Source: Candidatus Bathyarchaeia archaeon
GTDB lineage: Archaea; Thermoproteota; CALKCG01; B24
DNA length: 64,000 nt
NCBI GenBank assembly: GCA_038870975.1
Contig: JAVZJD010000001.1
Coordinates: forward strand, 32,001-96,000
Direction: 5' to 3'
The notes beneath the pieces are model-generated. The model was not told where the DNA came from. It was given only the letters and a program-made list of their open reading frames with translations, and searched no databases. Made by a program: the position numbers and the translations under genes. Below are positions 29,375 through 39,195 of this stretch, one piece after another. Position 1 is the first letter of the stretch; every line of letters starts with the position of its first letter.

Positions 29375-30148
29375 ATGAAAGCCCTAGAGGTTAAAGAGTT
29401 TATAGAGAGGAGTGCTGGAAGTTTTGGGTCTGAAGAGGGTTTTCGATTCGGCAATCCAGATGTAGAAGTTAGAGGCATATTGGTATCTTGGATGGCTACT
29501 TTGGAGGCTGTTAAGAAGGCTGTAGAAGAAGACTGTAATCTTATGGTGGTTCACGAGGACCTTTTCTATCCCTATAGCTTCCAGAGGAGTGTTGAGTTTG
29601 AGACATGTTTAACTTGGAATGTCAACCGCATGAGACTTAAAATGCTTTCAGAACACGATATAACAGTCTTCAGAGCGCATGGAACTCTAGACAGACTATG
29701 CATCTTAGATGATTTTGCTAAAGCTTTAGGATTACCTCAACCTTCAGTAAAGCATGGTTATGTGAGAATTTACGATATACCTGAAACCACTGTAGAAAAG
29801 TTATCCTTAGACATCAAGAGGAGACTCGATTTGAAAACTGTGAGGGTTACAGGTGTGAGAGATGGTAGAGTAGGGAGAGTAGGATTAGCATGGGGCGGTC
29901 TAGGTTTAAGCCTCAACATAGGATTCGTAGAAACCCTCATAAGCTATAGACCTCAGGTTTTAATAGCAGGCGAAATGGATGAATACTCTGAATATTACGT
30001 CTTAGATGCAGGCGTAAATATGATAGAAGTAGGTCATAGCGTGAGCGAGAATATAGGGCTTAAGAACTTCACTAAAATGCTAAATCAACGTTTTCCAGAG
30101 GTTAAAGTGATATTCTTTGAATGTCCAAAACCATGGTTCACATTATGA
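29375..30148 (+). CDS. Nif3-like dinuclear metal protein
   Basis: VVHE, HGTLD, GE, GHSVSE motifs. Confidence 0.85.
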   Translation: MKALEVKEFIERSAGSFGSEEGFRFGNPDVEVRGILVSWMATLEAVKKAVEEDCNLMVVHEDLFYPYSFQRSVEFETCLTWNVNRMRLKMLSEHDITVFRAHGTLDRLCILDDFAKALGLPQPSVKHGYVRIYDIPETTVEKLSLDIKRRLDLKTVRVTGVRDGRVGRVGLAWGGLGLSLNIGFVETLISYRPQVLIAGEMDEYSEYYVLDAGVNMIEVGHSVSENIGLKNFTKMLNQRFPEVKVIFFECPKPWFTL

Positions 30149-30222
30149 ACAACTGGTTATAAAATTAAAAATGATTGAACAGATAAATCTACTCATCTAT
30201 GGAAGATTCATATCCCCGCTGT

Positions 30223-33180
30223 CTAACCCTTAACAACGGCTATTGGAACTAATCTAGCGACCTTCGTAGCTATACCCACTCTATGGCTTACTTCAGCAAC
30301 CAAGTCACATGGTTTGTATGCCCCAGAGGCTTCTTCGCTTAAAACGCTTAAACTTGCCGCTTCAACTACTATGCCTTGACGTTCCATTTCACGTTTAATC
30401 GCTTCTCCTCTCCAACGTTCTTTAGCTTTAGCTCTGGATAGTAGTCTTCCAGCTCCGTGGGCTGTAGAGCCGAATGTAAGCTCCATTGATTTAGGCGTCC
30501 CTACTAAAACCCAGCTTGAGTCTGCCATAGAGCCGGGTAGTAGCACTGGTTGACCTACGTTTCTATACTTGGCTGGAATTTCAGGTCTACCAGCTGGGAA
30601 AGCCCGAGTTGCACCCTTCCTATGTACGTAGACTTTTCTCTTGGTTCCCTTACTGTCCACTAAATGTTCTTCAAGCTTAGCTATGTTGTGTGCTACATCG
30701 TAAATTAAATGCATATCTAAATCCTCTGGGCTTCTCTTGAAAACGCTACTGAAGCTTTCTCTAACCCAGTGCATGATAGCTTGTCTATTAGCAAATGCAT
30801 AGTTTATGCCACATTTCATGGCTTTCACGTAGTCTTCACCTTCTCGGCTTGACGCTGGTACACAAGCTAGCTCTCTGTCTGGAACTCGAATCCCATATTT
30901 ATGCATGGCTCTCTCCATAACTCTAAGGTAGTCTGAACATATCTGATGACCGAACCCTCTAGAACCAGTGTGGATAAGTACCATTATCTGCCCCTCCTGT
31001 TCAATACCGAATACCTTCGCAACCTTAGGGTCCTCTATCCGATCTACGACGTCTATCTCCAAGAAGTGGTTACCAGACCCTAGAGTACCTATCTGAGGCT
31101 CTCCACGACTCCTAGCGGTGTTTGAGACTTTACTCGGGTCAGCACCCTCTATACTACCTCTCTCTTCACAGTACTCTAAATCTTCATCCCAGCCTAAACC
31201 GTGTTTAACAACCCATCCAGCACCTTCAACCATAAGCTCATCCAAATCTCTACTCGTAACCCTCAGGTCCTTCCTACGGCTTCCGAGACCACTTGGAACA
31301 TTCCTGAAAAGCGAAACGGTAAGCTGTTTTAAAACGGGCTTAACATCCTTCACCGTAAGATTTGTTTTAACGAGTCTCACTCCACAGTTATGAACAACTA
31401 TGCCGTTAGCTATGAAATTGTGCGCATCATGGTAAACTCCTATATCGTAGAACCTTGTGTAGCTAGGCTTGATGTATTCAACTCTTACAACTTTGTCGGA
31501 GACAAAACCGCCTTTATGGTAGAATTTTGATGCGAATTCTTCGAATGTTGGAAAGTCTTGGGCTATTCTGACGCCAGATGATGTCCCATATATGTTTCTT
31601 TCGACAAGTCTTCTGTTTATATGTTTCCCGGCAACTGCTTCATATGTTTTACTAATGCTTTCTGTACTCGCGTAGACTTCCATTGCCTTTTCAACCGCCT
31701 CCTCACGCATCTTTTTAACTGCATACTTCCTCTTCAGATATTCGTAAGCGATGGACGCCTGAGTCCTCTTCTTAGGTGAGTATTCGTAGCTAATGTAACC
31801 GAGGAAGTTTCTTATAGAGTCCTCATCTACTATTGAAAGCCTATATGTTATACGCCCTTCGAGAGATTTAACCTTGTAGATTATGCTTTTAACGTTAAAT
31901 TCGCGAAGAATTTTTGAAACTTCTTCGAGGAACAGTGTTAGATTGTCTTCGAGTTCTTTCTTCTTAGACTGAGTGAAATTTATCGGTAGTGGTGTATAAC
32001 CATTGAAGCAGACAATACTTCCATCCGCTCCAAAGAGTCCGGCTAAAAAGTTTCTCTTAATCCAGGATTGAGCATTCTTAATCCACTCGGGGATACGGTA
32101 AGCTTGCTTCGTCTTCTTTCCAATAGGCATTCCAAGCTTATGCATAAGGATTGAGAAGGCTCTAGACGTAACCTTAACCATAGAATCTGTACAGTGACTC
32201 TCATACAAGCTATTCCACGCAGTTTTTATACGAACCCTTCTTTTCCTCATATATATCTTCGACGGTTTAACTCCAAGTTTTTTGAGGTCTTTTATGATCT
32301 CCTTAAGTTCCTCGGCTTCTCCGTGGAAGCTTAAAACTAGTCTCTTTCCTCTTGCTAAGTGTAGAGAACCATCCCCCAAGGCATATCCAAAGAGTCTAGC
32401 GAGTAAACCAACTTTAGGATCGCTAAGTCGCAATGGAATAAGACCCCTCTTTTTAAGATAGGTAAGTATCTGGTGATCGCATTCTCTAAAATCTCCATCA
32501 TCTAGTAGTACATGATCATCTACGCTATATTCTACACCTTCAAAGGGATATACAATAACATGGTCGCCTTCTTTAATCTCCTCCAAGTTTTTATAGCCTT
32601 CAGGTGTAAGGATCGGGTGGTCTCTACTTCCTTCAATCACCCGGCCACCTTCAGTTACTATCTGGATTGCAAATTCTCCAGGTTCAACGCTTCTCTCAGC
32701 GACAAAAGCGATATTAGAGGAGTCGTTATGCCCCTCTTCTACATCATAGACTTTAAGACTTTGATTGCAGATTTTTTTCGAAATTTCCTCTATTCTCAAC
32801 CAGTATCCGTACTCAGTCAAAACTACTGAATTGGGAGCAAGACAATTGATATCGTAGCCGACTCCGCCTGGGCTTACGACTCCCGTCTCAGCGTCGAAGG
32901 CGCCAACTCCTCCTATTGGGAAGCCGTATCCTTCATGTCCGTCTGGTAGGGTGATGCTGTACTTGTAGATGCCTGGCATTGTTGCTACGTTTGCACATTG
33001 GATGAGTGTTCTATCAGAACGCATCTTCTCTAGAAGTTTTTCATCCGCAAGTACTAAACCTGGGACCGACATTTCTGGTTTGAAAGACTCTGGAATACGC
33101 CACATGTATTCGTTTATCCTCTGTAATGGAACACCATATGAAGTTTCACCAGAATATCCTTCTTCGCCCAATTGTAACAC
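30223..33180 (-). CDS. rtcB: tRNA-splicing ligase RtcB with intein
   Basis: PDGHEGYGFPIGG, GYDIN|CG, GSGNHF, HTGSRG, HRKGAT, HGAGR; probable start is TTG at 33171. Confidence 0.95.
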   Translation of the reverse strand: MLQLGEEGYSGETSYGVPLQRINEYMWRIPESFKPEMSVPGLVLADEKLLEKMRSDRTLIQCANVATMPGIYKYSITLPDGHEGYGFPIGGVGAFDAETGVVSPGGVGYDINCLAPNSVVLTEYGYWLRIEEISKKICNQSLKVYDVEEGHNDSSNIAFVAERSVEPGEFAIQIVTEGGRVIEGSRDHPILTPEGYKNLEEIKEGDHVIVYPFEGVEYSVDDHVLLDDGDFRECDHQILTYLKKRGLIPLRLSDPKVGLLARLFGYALGDGSLHLARGKRLVLSFHGEAEELKEIIKDLKKLGVKPSKIYMRKRRVRIKTAWNSLYESHCTDSMVKVTSRAFSILMHKLGMPIGKKTKQAYRIPEWIKNAQSWIKRNFLAGLFGADGSIVCFNGYTPLPINFTQSKKKELEDNLTLFLEEVSKILREFNVKSIIYKVKSLEGRITYRLSIVDEDSIRNFLGYISYEYSPKKRTQASIAYEYLKRKYAVKKMREEAVEKAMEVYASTESISKTYEAVAGKHINRRLVERNIYGTSSGVRIAQDFPTFEEFASKFYHKGGFVSDKVVRVEYIKPSYTRFYDIGVYHDAHNFIANGIVVHNCGVRLVKTNLTVKDVKPVLKQLTVSLFRNVPSGLGSRRKDLRVTSRDLDELMVEGAGWVVKHGLGWDEDLEYCEERGSIEGADPSKVSNTARSRGEPQIGTLGSGNHFLEIDVVDRIEDPKVAKVFGIEQEGQIMVLIHTGSRGFGHQICSDYLRVMERAMHKYGIRVPDRELACVPASSREGEDYVKAMKCGINYAFANRQAIMHWVRESFSSVFKRSPEDLDMHLIYDVAHNIAKLEEHLVDSKGTKRKVYVHRKGATRAFPAGRPEIPAKYRNVGQPVLLPGSMADSSWVLVGTPKSMELTFGSTAHGAGRLLSRAKAKERWRGEAIKREMERQGIVVEAASLSVLSEEASGAYKPCDLVAEVSHRVGIATKVARLVPIAVVKG
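31387..32844 (-). mobile_element. RtcB intein (486 aa) with LAGLIDADG homing endonuclease
   Basis: Starts CLAPNS, block B SRDH, LFGYALGDG and FLAGLFGADG, ends VVHN followed by +1 Cys. Confidence 0.92.
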
Positions 33181-33607
33181 CTCCTAAGGGAGCATCTGTC
33201 GGTCTCCCTCCAGAAGAAGAGAGAGTCCTACATTAGGAGTATTAAAATCACTCTAATAAACGTTTGGACAACACCTGATCCTATAAACCATCAAACTGTT
33301 TTTGTTTAAAGATGGTAGAATGCATTGCGATGAATTCTAACGCATATATGGTTTTCTGTGATATTGTAAGACCTATTTCAGCTGAAATAGGTCTTACATA
33401 AAGACTTGATGAAACTATTAGAATTTCTTCTCCGCCTTTCCAAGCGATTGCTGCAAGTTGACCGTTTTGATAAACTACGGCAGGCTCTAGTGGAATGACC
33501 CCTCTATCACATTGAAAAATGATGTGTCTTTTTCCCACTTGAAGCTTCTAGGTTTTCTTGAGAGAAACTTTAGATTTTAGTTTCTAATTCTAATTTCATG
33601 GTTTAAA

Positions 33608-34282
33608 ATGAAGCTTATTGAGGAAACTACGTTTAGAGAAAGGCTTTACGTGTTTAGAGACAGATACCATGCTGGGGAGCTACTTGCAGAAAAACTCAGA
33701 GAGTATAAGGGTACAGATGCTTATGTTTTGGCTATTCCAGCTGGGGGTGTTCCCGTCGGTTATGTTATCTCTAAACGCTTAGGATTGCCACTCGACGTAA
33801 TCATCGTAAGGAAAATACATATTCCATGGAATCAAGAGGCTGGTTTCGGCGCCGTAACTTTCGATGGAATAGTCATATTTAATGAGCCGTTACTTCGAAT
33901 ACTAGGCTTAACTAGAGAAGAGGTTGATCGATGTATTGAAGTTGAAAAGGAAGCTATTGAGAAAAGGTTAAAATTCATAAGAGGAGATAGGCCTTTTCCC
34001 GACGTAGTAAACAGAACCGTAATTCTCGTTGACGATGGAATTGCTTCAGGATATACCATGCTTTCAGCAGTAAAATCCGTTATGAACCGGAGACCTAATA
34101 AGATTGTTGTAGCTACTCCGACAGGATCTGAAAGTGCTATTGAGCTTTTAAAGCCTTGGGTAGATGAAATCGTTTGCTTAAACGTTCGGACAGGGCCTGT
34201 TTTTGCAGTCGCAGATGCTTACGAAATCTGGTATGATATAACAGATGAAGAAGTTGCGAAGATTTTAAAAGCTATTGACTGA
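33608..34282 (+). CDS. Phosphoribosyltransferase family protein
   Basis: FRDRYHAG, GGVPV, VILVDDGIASG. Confidence 0.88.
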   Translation: MKLIEETTFRERLYVFRDRYHAGELLAEKLREYKGTDAYVLAIPAGGVPVGYVISKRLGLPLDVIIVRKIHIPWNQEAGFGAVTFDGIVIFNEPLLRILGLTREEVDRCIEVEKEAIEKRLKFIRGDRPFPDVVNRTVILVDDGIASGYTMLSAVKSVMNRRPNKIVVATPTGSESAIELLKPWVDEIVCLNVRTGPVFAVADAYEIWYDITDEEVAKILKAID

Positions 34283-34543
34283 GTTTATTTTCTCCTATAG
34301 ACCGTGAAATTTTAAGAGGCGAAAAGCTTGGAATAGGCGTCATAGCTATAAGCCTTTTAACGTAAGAGCCTGTGAGGAGTATAGATTCCCTATGAACCAT
34401 TCTACTATCATTTCCTTACCCACAAGGTAATACTTATCCACAAGTAAATAGTGGGATTGGCGATTGAGGAATGTTGCTAATTCCTTTTAAGCATGCATGT
34501 AGTACTGAAGGAAGCGGTCGAATAATGGTTTAAGCTTGGGTTT

Positions 34544-35563
34544 TCAAAATAAGTGGAAATAGAATTCTCTAGGTTTGAGTTCTTCGAATTCTCCATGGTC
34601 TATGAGGAATCTGCGTATGTCTAAGCATAGGTGACATTTAGAAACGTATCCTTCTTCCGACTCTTTAAAGCCAAGCTTTTTAGCGAATTGAAGCAGTCCT
34701 CTAAAGTCTTGGTTTACTAGGAATTTTAAGATTGGTTTTTCATCTAAGTTTAATCCATCTCTTAAAATCTCATCCAGTTTTCGACAGTCGCCTAGAGATA
34801 TCCCACTGCAGTATCCAGGGAGGAAGTTTCCATAGCAGTCGAAGTGGTTATGCCATTCTCTTAGGAAAGGCGGCCAGCATAATTGGTCTAGGAAGTGGTC
34901 AGCTGGATGCCTAGGGTAGAAGTCTTTAAGCTTATAGACTGCTCTACCCATTAGAAGTATTTCAGCATTTCTCGCCAGATTTTCACCCTTTGACATTTCA
35001 AGATAGTCTTCAAGTTTAAGACGCCCTTTAACTCCAAGTTTCTTAAAAATTAGGTAGTAGTTTAACTGGTAGACCATTACGTTTCTCCCGAATATTTCAC
35101 GGCTAATCCTAATGGCTCTCTCTGTTCTCTCAAAAGGCACATATTCCAAGTAGTACGGATTGACTGAGATCAAAATCCCCTTCAACCCAACTTCCTTTAG
35201 AAGCTTCAGCTTTTCTCTGACAGTTTTATCGTCGAGCGCCCAGTAGCAGTTTGTTTCAACAAATGTTGAAGGGATTTTTAACCGCTCGGCTGTTTCAACT
35301 GCTTTCAATAGTAGTTCGAAGTTTAGAAATGGCTCTCCCCCTGTGAAATGGAGACCGTAGTTTAGACTTACGCTATCTGGTCCGTATGGGCTTGGAGCTA
35401 TCTTACCAGCTAGTTGACGTAGTATCTCCTCGAGAACCTCCTCGGATATCCAATGTCTCCATCTCGGCGAGCAGGCATACATACAGTACCGGCATTCGGC
35501 AGTACACTGATATGAGAGTATTAAGCCTCCAGATATTGGAATGGGTAATTTTACTCTTCCCAA
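34544..35563 (-). CDS. Radical SAM protein
   Basis: CTAECRYC, FTGGEPF, VETN, C-terminal CHLC. Confidence 0.85.
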   Translation of the reverse strand: MGRVKLPIPISGGLILSYQCTAECRYCMYACSPRWRHWISEEVLEEILRQLAGKIAPSPYGPDSVSLNYGLHFTGGEPFLNFELLLKAVETAERLKIPSTFVETNCYWALDDKTVREKLKLLKEVGLKGILISVNPYYLEYVPFERTERAIRISREIFGRNVMVYQLNYYLIFKKLGVKGRLKLEDYLEMSKGENLARNAEILLMGRAVYKLKDFYPRHPADHFLDQLCWPPFLREWHNHFDCYGNFLPGYCSGISLGDCRKLDEILRDGLNLDEKPILKFLVNQDFRGLLQFAKKLGFKESEEGYVSKCHLCLDIRRFLIDHGEFEELKPREFYFHLF

Positions 35564-35696
35564 ATCTTACACCACCGTTTAACCTTCACCTCTATGTACG
35601 AATAGTAGGTGAGGGGGTAATTAAGATGGTGGACTTATTATCGCTATAGTTCACCCGAAAACAATATATTAATGTAGTCGTTATTATCGGAAGGTC

Positions 35697-36119
35697 ATGC
35701 TAAGGGTTATTTCAAAGAGCCGGGTGAAATCTCCTTGGATATTTCACTTGAACACCGGATCGTGCAATGGATGCGATATTGAAATAGTTGCCGCTTTAAC
35801 ACCCCGCTACGACGTTGAACGTTTAGGATGTGTACTTGTCGGCTCACCACGGCATGCAGATGTTCTACTTTTGACTGGACCATTAACTCGTCAGATGTTC
35901 CCCCGAGTCATAAGGGTTTACGAGCAGGTACCAGAGCCTAAAGCTGTTGTCGCAGTGGGAACATGTGCAACATCTGGAGGAGTGTTTAGCGGAAGCTACT
36001 CAATCGAGGGGCCACTAGATAGAGTAATTCCAGTAGATGTTTATGTTGTAGGTTGCCCTCCTAGACCCGAGGCAATAGTTAAAGGGGTTGTTGAAGCCGT
36101 GAAGAAAAAGTTTGGGTGA
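35697..36119 (+). CDS. Group 4 [NiFe] hydrogenase small subunit (NuoB/EchC-like)
   Basis: SCNGCDIE, SPRHAD, GTCA, GCPPRP. Confidence 0.9.
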   Translation: MLRVISKSRVKSPWIFHLNTGSCNGCDIEIVAALTPRYDVERLGCVLVGSPRHADVLLLTGPLTRQMFPRVIRVYEQVPEPKAVVAVGTCATSGGVFSGSYSIEGPLDRVIPVDVYVVGCPPRPEAIVKGVVEAVKKKFG

Positions 36120-36125
36120 AAAATT

Positions 36126-37343
36126 ATGTCTGATGAATTGAAAGAGGTTGAATACAAGGAGTTTACTAGGTTTGCATTACCCGTAGGTCCCGTACATCCG
36201 TCGCTTAAAGAGCCAATTCATCTTAAAGTGGTCGTTAGTAGGGAGGAAATCCTAGATGTCGACTTACGCTTAGGCCATGCGCATAGAGGGGTAGAAGCCT
36301 TAGCTGAAACTAGGAATTTAATTCAAAACCTCTATCTCATAGAGCGTATATGTGGAATATGCTCCCACAGCCATACGACATGCTTCGTTCAAGCCGTTGA
36401 GGAAATAGGGGGAATCAAGCCTTCAGAGAGAGCGCTATACCTTAGAACGTTAATATTTGAGCTGGAACGTATACATAGCCATCTTTTACTGCTCGGTGTT
36501 ATGGCTTATCAAATTGGATTCGACACGCTCTTCATGTATACTTGGACCGTCCGTGAGAAGGTCTTAGACATATTCGAGGAGGTTACTGGCAATAGAATCC
36601 TCCACTCCATGAACATCATCGGAGGGGTACGCTGGGATCTTACCGACAAAATGATGGAGAAGCTTGCGAAAACGATGGATGAAGTAGAAAAGGATGTACA
36701 TAACATTTACAGCTTTTTCAAAGATAAGACCGTTGAAAAAAGGCTTTCAAACGTTGGTTTTCTCAGCTACGATGATGCGAGGGAGCTCTGTTTAGTTGGT
36801 CCCACTGCTAGAGGCTCGGGGTTAACGTTCGACGTCCGTAAAGACGACCCATATGCTGCTTACAGTGATTTAAAAGACAGCTTCTCCGTAATTTCGAGAA
36901 AAGAAGGCGATGCCTATGCCAGGGTAGAAGTTAGAATTTTAGAACTATTTGAAGCATTAAATTTAACACGTACAATCATCGACAGACTTCCAAATGGTCC
37001 AATATCTCCGAAGGAGAGCGCAATAAGACTGATGAGTAAAATACCCGTAGGCGAGGCTGTTTCAAGGGTTGAAGCTCCACGCGGTGAGCTACTCTACTTC
37101 GTCAGAACCGATGGGAGGGGAGGGATTAAACGTCTGAAAGTACGAACGCCAACGCTAGCCAATATAATAGGCTTGAAGAGGATGCTCGTAGGATGTGAGG
37201 TGGCCGATATACCGGTTGTTTTAGCCTCGATAGACCCGTGTATAAGTTGCACTAACCGCGTAACGATAATTGATCAGAGAAGCCCTGATATTAAAGTTGT
37301 TAGTATGGAAGAGTTGCGGAGGTTGAAGCTATGCTCACTCTAA
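36126..37343 (+). CDS. Group 4 [NiFe] hydrogenase large subunit
   Basis: L1 RICGIC and L2 DPCISC Ni-binding motifs intact; EAPRG; C-terminal extension after L2. Confidence 0.92.
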   Translation: MSDELKEVEYKEFTRFALPVGPVHPSLKEPIHLKVVVSREEILDVDLRLGHAHRGVEALAETRNLIQNLYLIERICGICSHSHTTCFVQAVEEIGGIKPSERALYLRTLIFELERIHSHLLLLGVMAYQIGFDTLFMYTWTVREKVLDIFEEVTGNRILHSMNIIGGVRWDLTDKMMEKLAKTMDEVEKDVHNIYSFFKDKTVEKRLSNVGFLSYDDARELCLVGPTARGSGLTFDVRKDDPYAAYSDLKDSFSVISRKEGDAYARVEVRILELFEALNLTRTIIDRLPNGPISPKESAIRLMSKIPVGEAVSRVEAPRGELLYFVRTDGRGGIKRLKVRTPTLANIIGLKRMLVGCEVADIPVVLASIDPCISCTNRVTIIDQRSPDIKVVSMEELRRLKLCSL

Positions 37344-38281
37344 TAGCACTTTTAATAATGCTTCCGTTGGTGTTCTTCTTCAGTCTATTCTTTGAAGGAA
37401 TCGACAGGAAGATCCATGCAAGAATGCAGTGGAGAATAGGTCCTCCAATAATACAACCGTTTTACGATTTTATTAAATTGTTCTGTAAAGAAAGGATAAC
37501 TCCTTCAACTGCGGCTCGTGGAATATTTAGTAGCGCTCCTTTAATCGCTGCGTCTTCCTCAGTACTTGGAGCCTCTATATTGCTAGCCAGCATAATTACC
37601 GAGGCAAATGTTGCTGGCGATTTAATCCTGGTTTTATATCTACTGGCAACTTCTTCCATCCTCATAATGGTGGGAGGCTCATCTTCTGGAAATCCATACG
37701 GAGCTATAGGATTCTCAAGAAAGGCTACATTATTCATCTGTTGCGAACTGCCGATGCTCATATCAATCATGTCAATAAGTGTAAAGTCTAACCTGACCAT
37801 ATCGTATTACGATATTATTCTAACTCAACTGCAAGCTAGATCCTGCTTTGCATTAACCAGCTTAAGCTCATTTATAGCGGCGCTGAGTTTCCTGCTATGC
37901 ATACCTGCCGTAGTTGGAGTTGTACCGTTTGACATTCCAGAGGCGAAGACTGAGATAGTTTATGGTCCATTAATCGAATACGGTGGTCCCTATCTGGCTC
38001 TGCTAAGATTGGCTAAGGATTCTACGAGCTTTCTATTAGCGTTTCTAGCATCCACAATCTTCTTCTACCCTATAGCTTTTCTTGAACATTCGTTTTCGTT
38101 AAGCGGGTGGACAGTATTAGGCATATGCATATTTACTTCTCTAATCGTCATGCTGATAACTATAACAATTCCAAGGACTATATTCGCCCGTTTGAAGATA
38201 GGTCAAGCATTCCGCTTCTACTGCATCTTTCCACTTCCCCTGGCCACTATTTCACTTCTCCTATCTTTCATGGGGATATGA
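37331..38281 (+). CDS. NuoH/EchB-like membrane subunit
   Basis: RKIHARMQWRIGPP, PFDIPEAKTE, EYGG. Confidence 0.9.
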   Translation: MLTLIALLIMLPLVFFFSLFFEGIDRKIHARMQWRIGPPIIQPFYDFIKLFCKERITPSTAARGIFSSAPLIAASSSVLGASILLASIITEANVAGDLILVLYLLATSSILIMVGGSSSGNPYGAIGFSRKATLFICCELPMLISIMSISVKSNLTISYYDIILTQLQARSCFALTSLSSFIAALSFLLCIPAVVGVVPFDIPEAKTEIVYGPLIEYGGPYLALLRLAKDSTSFLLAFLASTIFFYPIAFLEHSFSLSGWTVLGICIFTSLIVMLITITIPRTIFARLKIGQAFRFYCIFPLPLATISLLLSFMGI

Positions 38282-38294
38282 TGGGGGGTCGAGG

Positions 38295-38633
38295 ATGAAA
38301 CTCGGGGAAATTTTGAAAGAGACTTTTAAATCACTCTTTAGGAAGCCAGTTACAGTGCAGTATCTTACTAAGCCTGGCGAGGTGGTTCCAGTTCCAGAGC
38401 GATATAGGGGCAAGATTATCTATGATAAGGATACGTGCATCGGATGTTTGCTCTGCATAAGAACATGTCCGTCTGGTGCTATAACCGTAGCTGAAGAAGG
38501 GAAAGTATCTTTTAACATCGACCGGTGTATCTTCTGCGGACAGTGTGGAGACACGTGCCCTAGAAAAGCTGTGAAGGTCTCTTTAAACTTTGAAATCGTA
38601 GTTTACACGAGAGAGGGTTTAATCGTCAAGTAG
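38295..38633 (+). CDS. NuoI/EchF-like 2[4Fe-4S] subunit
   Basis: CIGCLLCIRTCP and CIFCGQCGDTCP. Confidence 0.9.
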   Translation: MKLGEILKETFKSLFRKPVTVQYLTKPGEVVPVPERYRGKIIYDKDTCIGCLLCIRTCPSGAITVAEEGKVSFNIDRCIFCGQCGDTCPRKAVKVSLNFEIVVYTREGLIVK

Positions 38634-38691
38634 TGAAATACTTAAATGAGGGGGTTGAAATAACATATATTGCTAGATTGGTGGAGCGTTT

Positions 38692-39192
38692 TTGTCTAAG
38701 TGGAAGGAGATTGTAACTTTAACCCTGAAGGACATAATCTATCGGAATACTGAGCTTCCGCTACTTGAAGATCTACTTGTTGAAAAGTATGGGTTTAGAG
38801 TTGTTAGTGATAAAAAACAGGAGCTGTATGAATCGAAGGATGTTTTTCAAATGGATAGAGAGGAGGTTGTTTTTAAGGAGGAGGCTGATGCTTATATACT
38901 TACAGAGGAAGTTGAGAGAAAGTATTCCTTGCTGAAGGTTTTAGAAGGGATGTTCTCGGAGGCAAAAATCTCAATATACATAATGGGTGATGTTCTCTGT
39001 AGAGAAGATATAATAGAGGTTGGTGAGGGAGAGTGGCATCGAATATACACGGCAACGTATCAGATGATTAAATTGGTCAGTGTAAGTGGCTATTCAATAC
39101 AACAATTGATTGAGAGGTTAAAGAGCGACGTTGGGCTTAAAATTGGCTCAACAGAGTGGTCTTTCTATAGACGTATAGAGGCTGAGGCTTAG
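38692..39192 (+). CDS. Hypothetical protein
   Basis: 166-aa acidic ORF with GGAG SD, between the convergent hydrogenase operons. Confidence 0.6.
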   Translation: MSKWKEIVTLTLKDIIYRNTELPLLEDLLVEKYGFRVVSDKKQELYESKDVFQMDREEVVFKEEADAYILTEEVERKYSLLKVLEGMFSEAKISIYIMGDVLCREDIIEVGEGEWHRIYTATYQMIKLVSVSGYSIQQLIERLKSDVGLKIGSTEWSFYRRIEAEA

Positions 39193-39195
39193 GCG

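Noticed and set aside
33281-33538. 85-aa minus ORF upstream of rtcB (possible archease)
   Set aside because: No archease motifs; unsupported ORF or remnant.
34415-34450. TTATCCACA DnaA-box match within a short imperfect direct repeat
   Set aside because: Single match in an archaeal genome with no origin context; likely chance.
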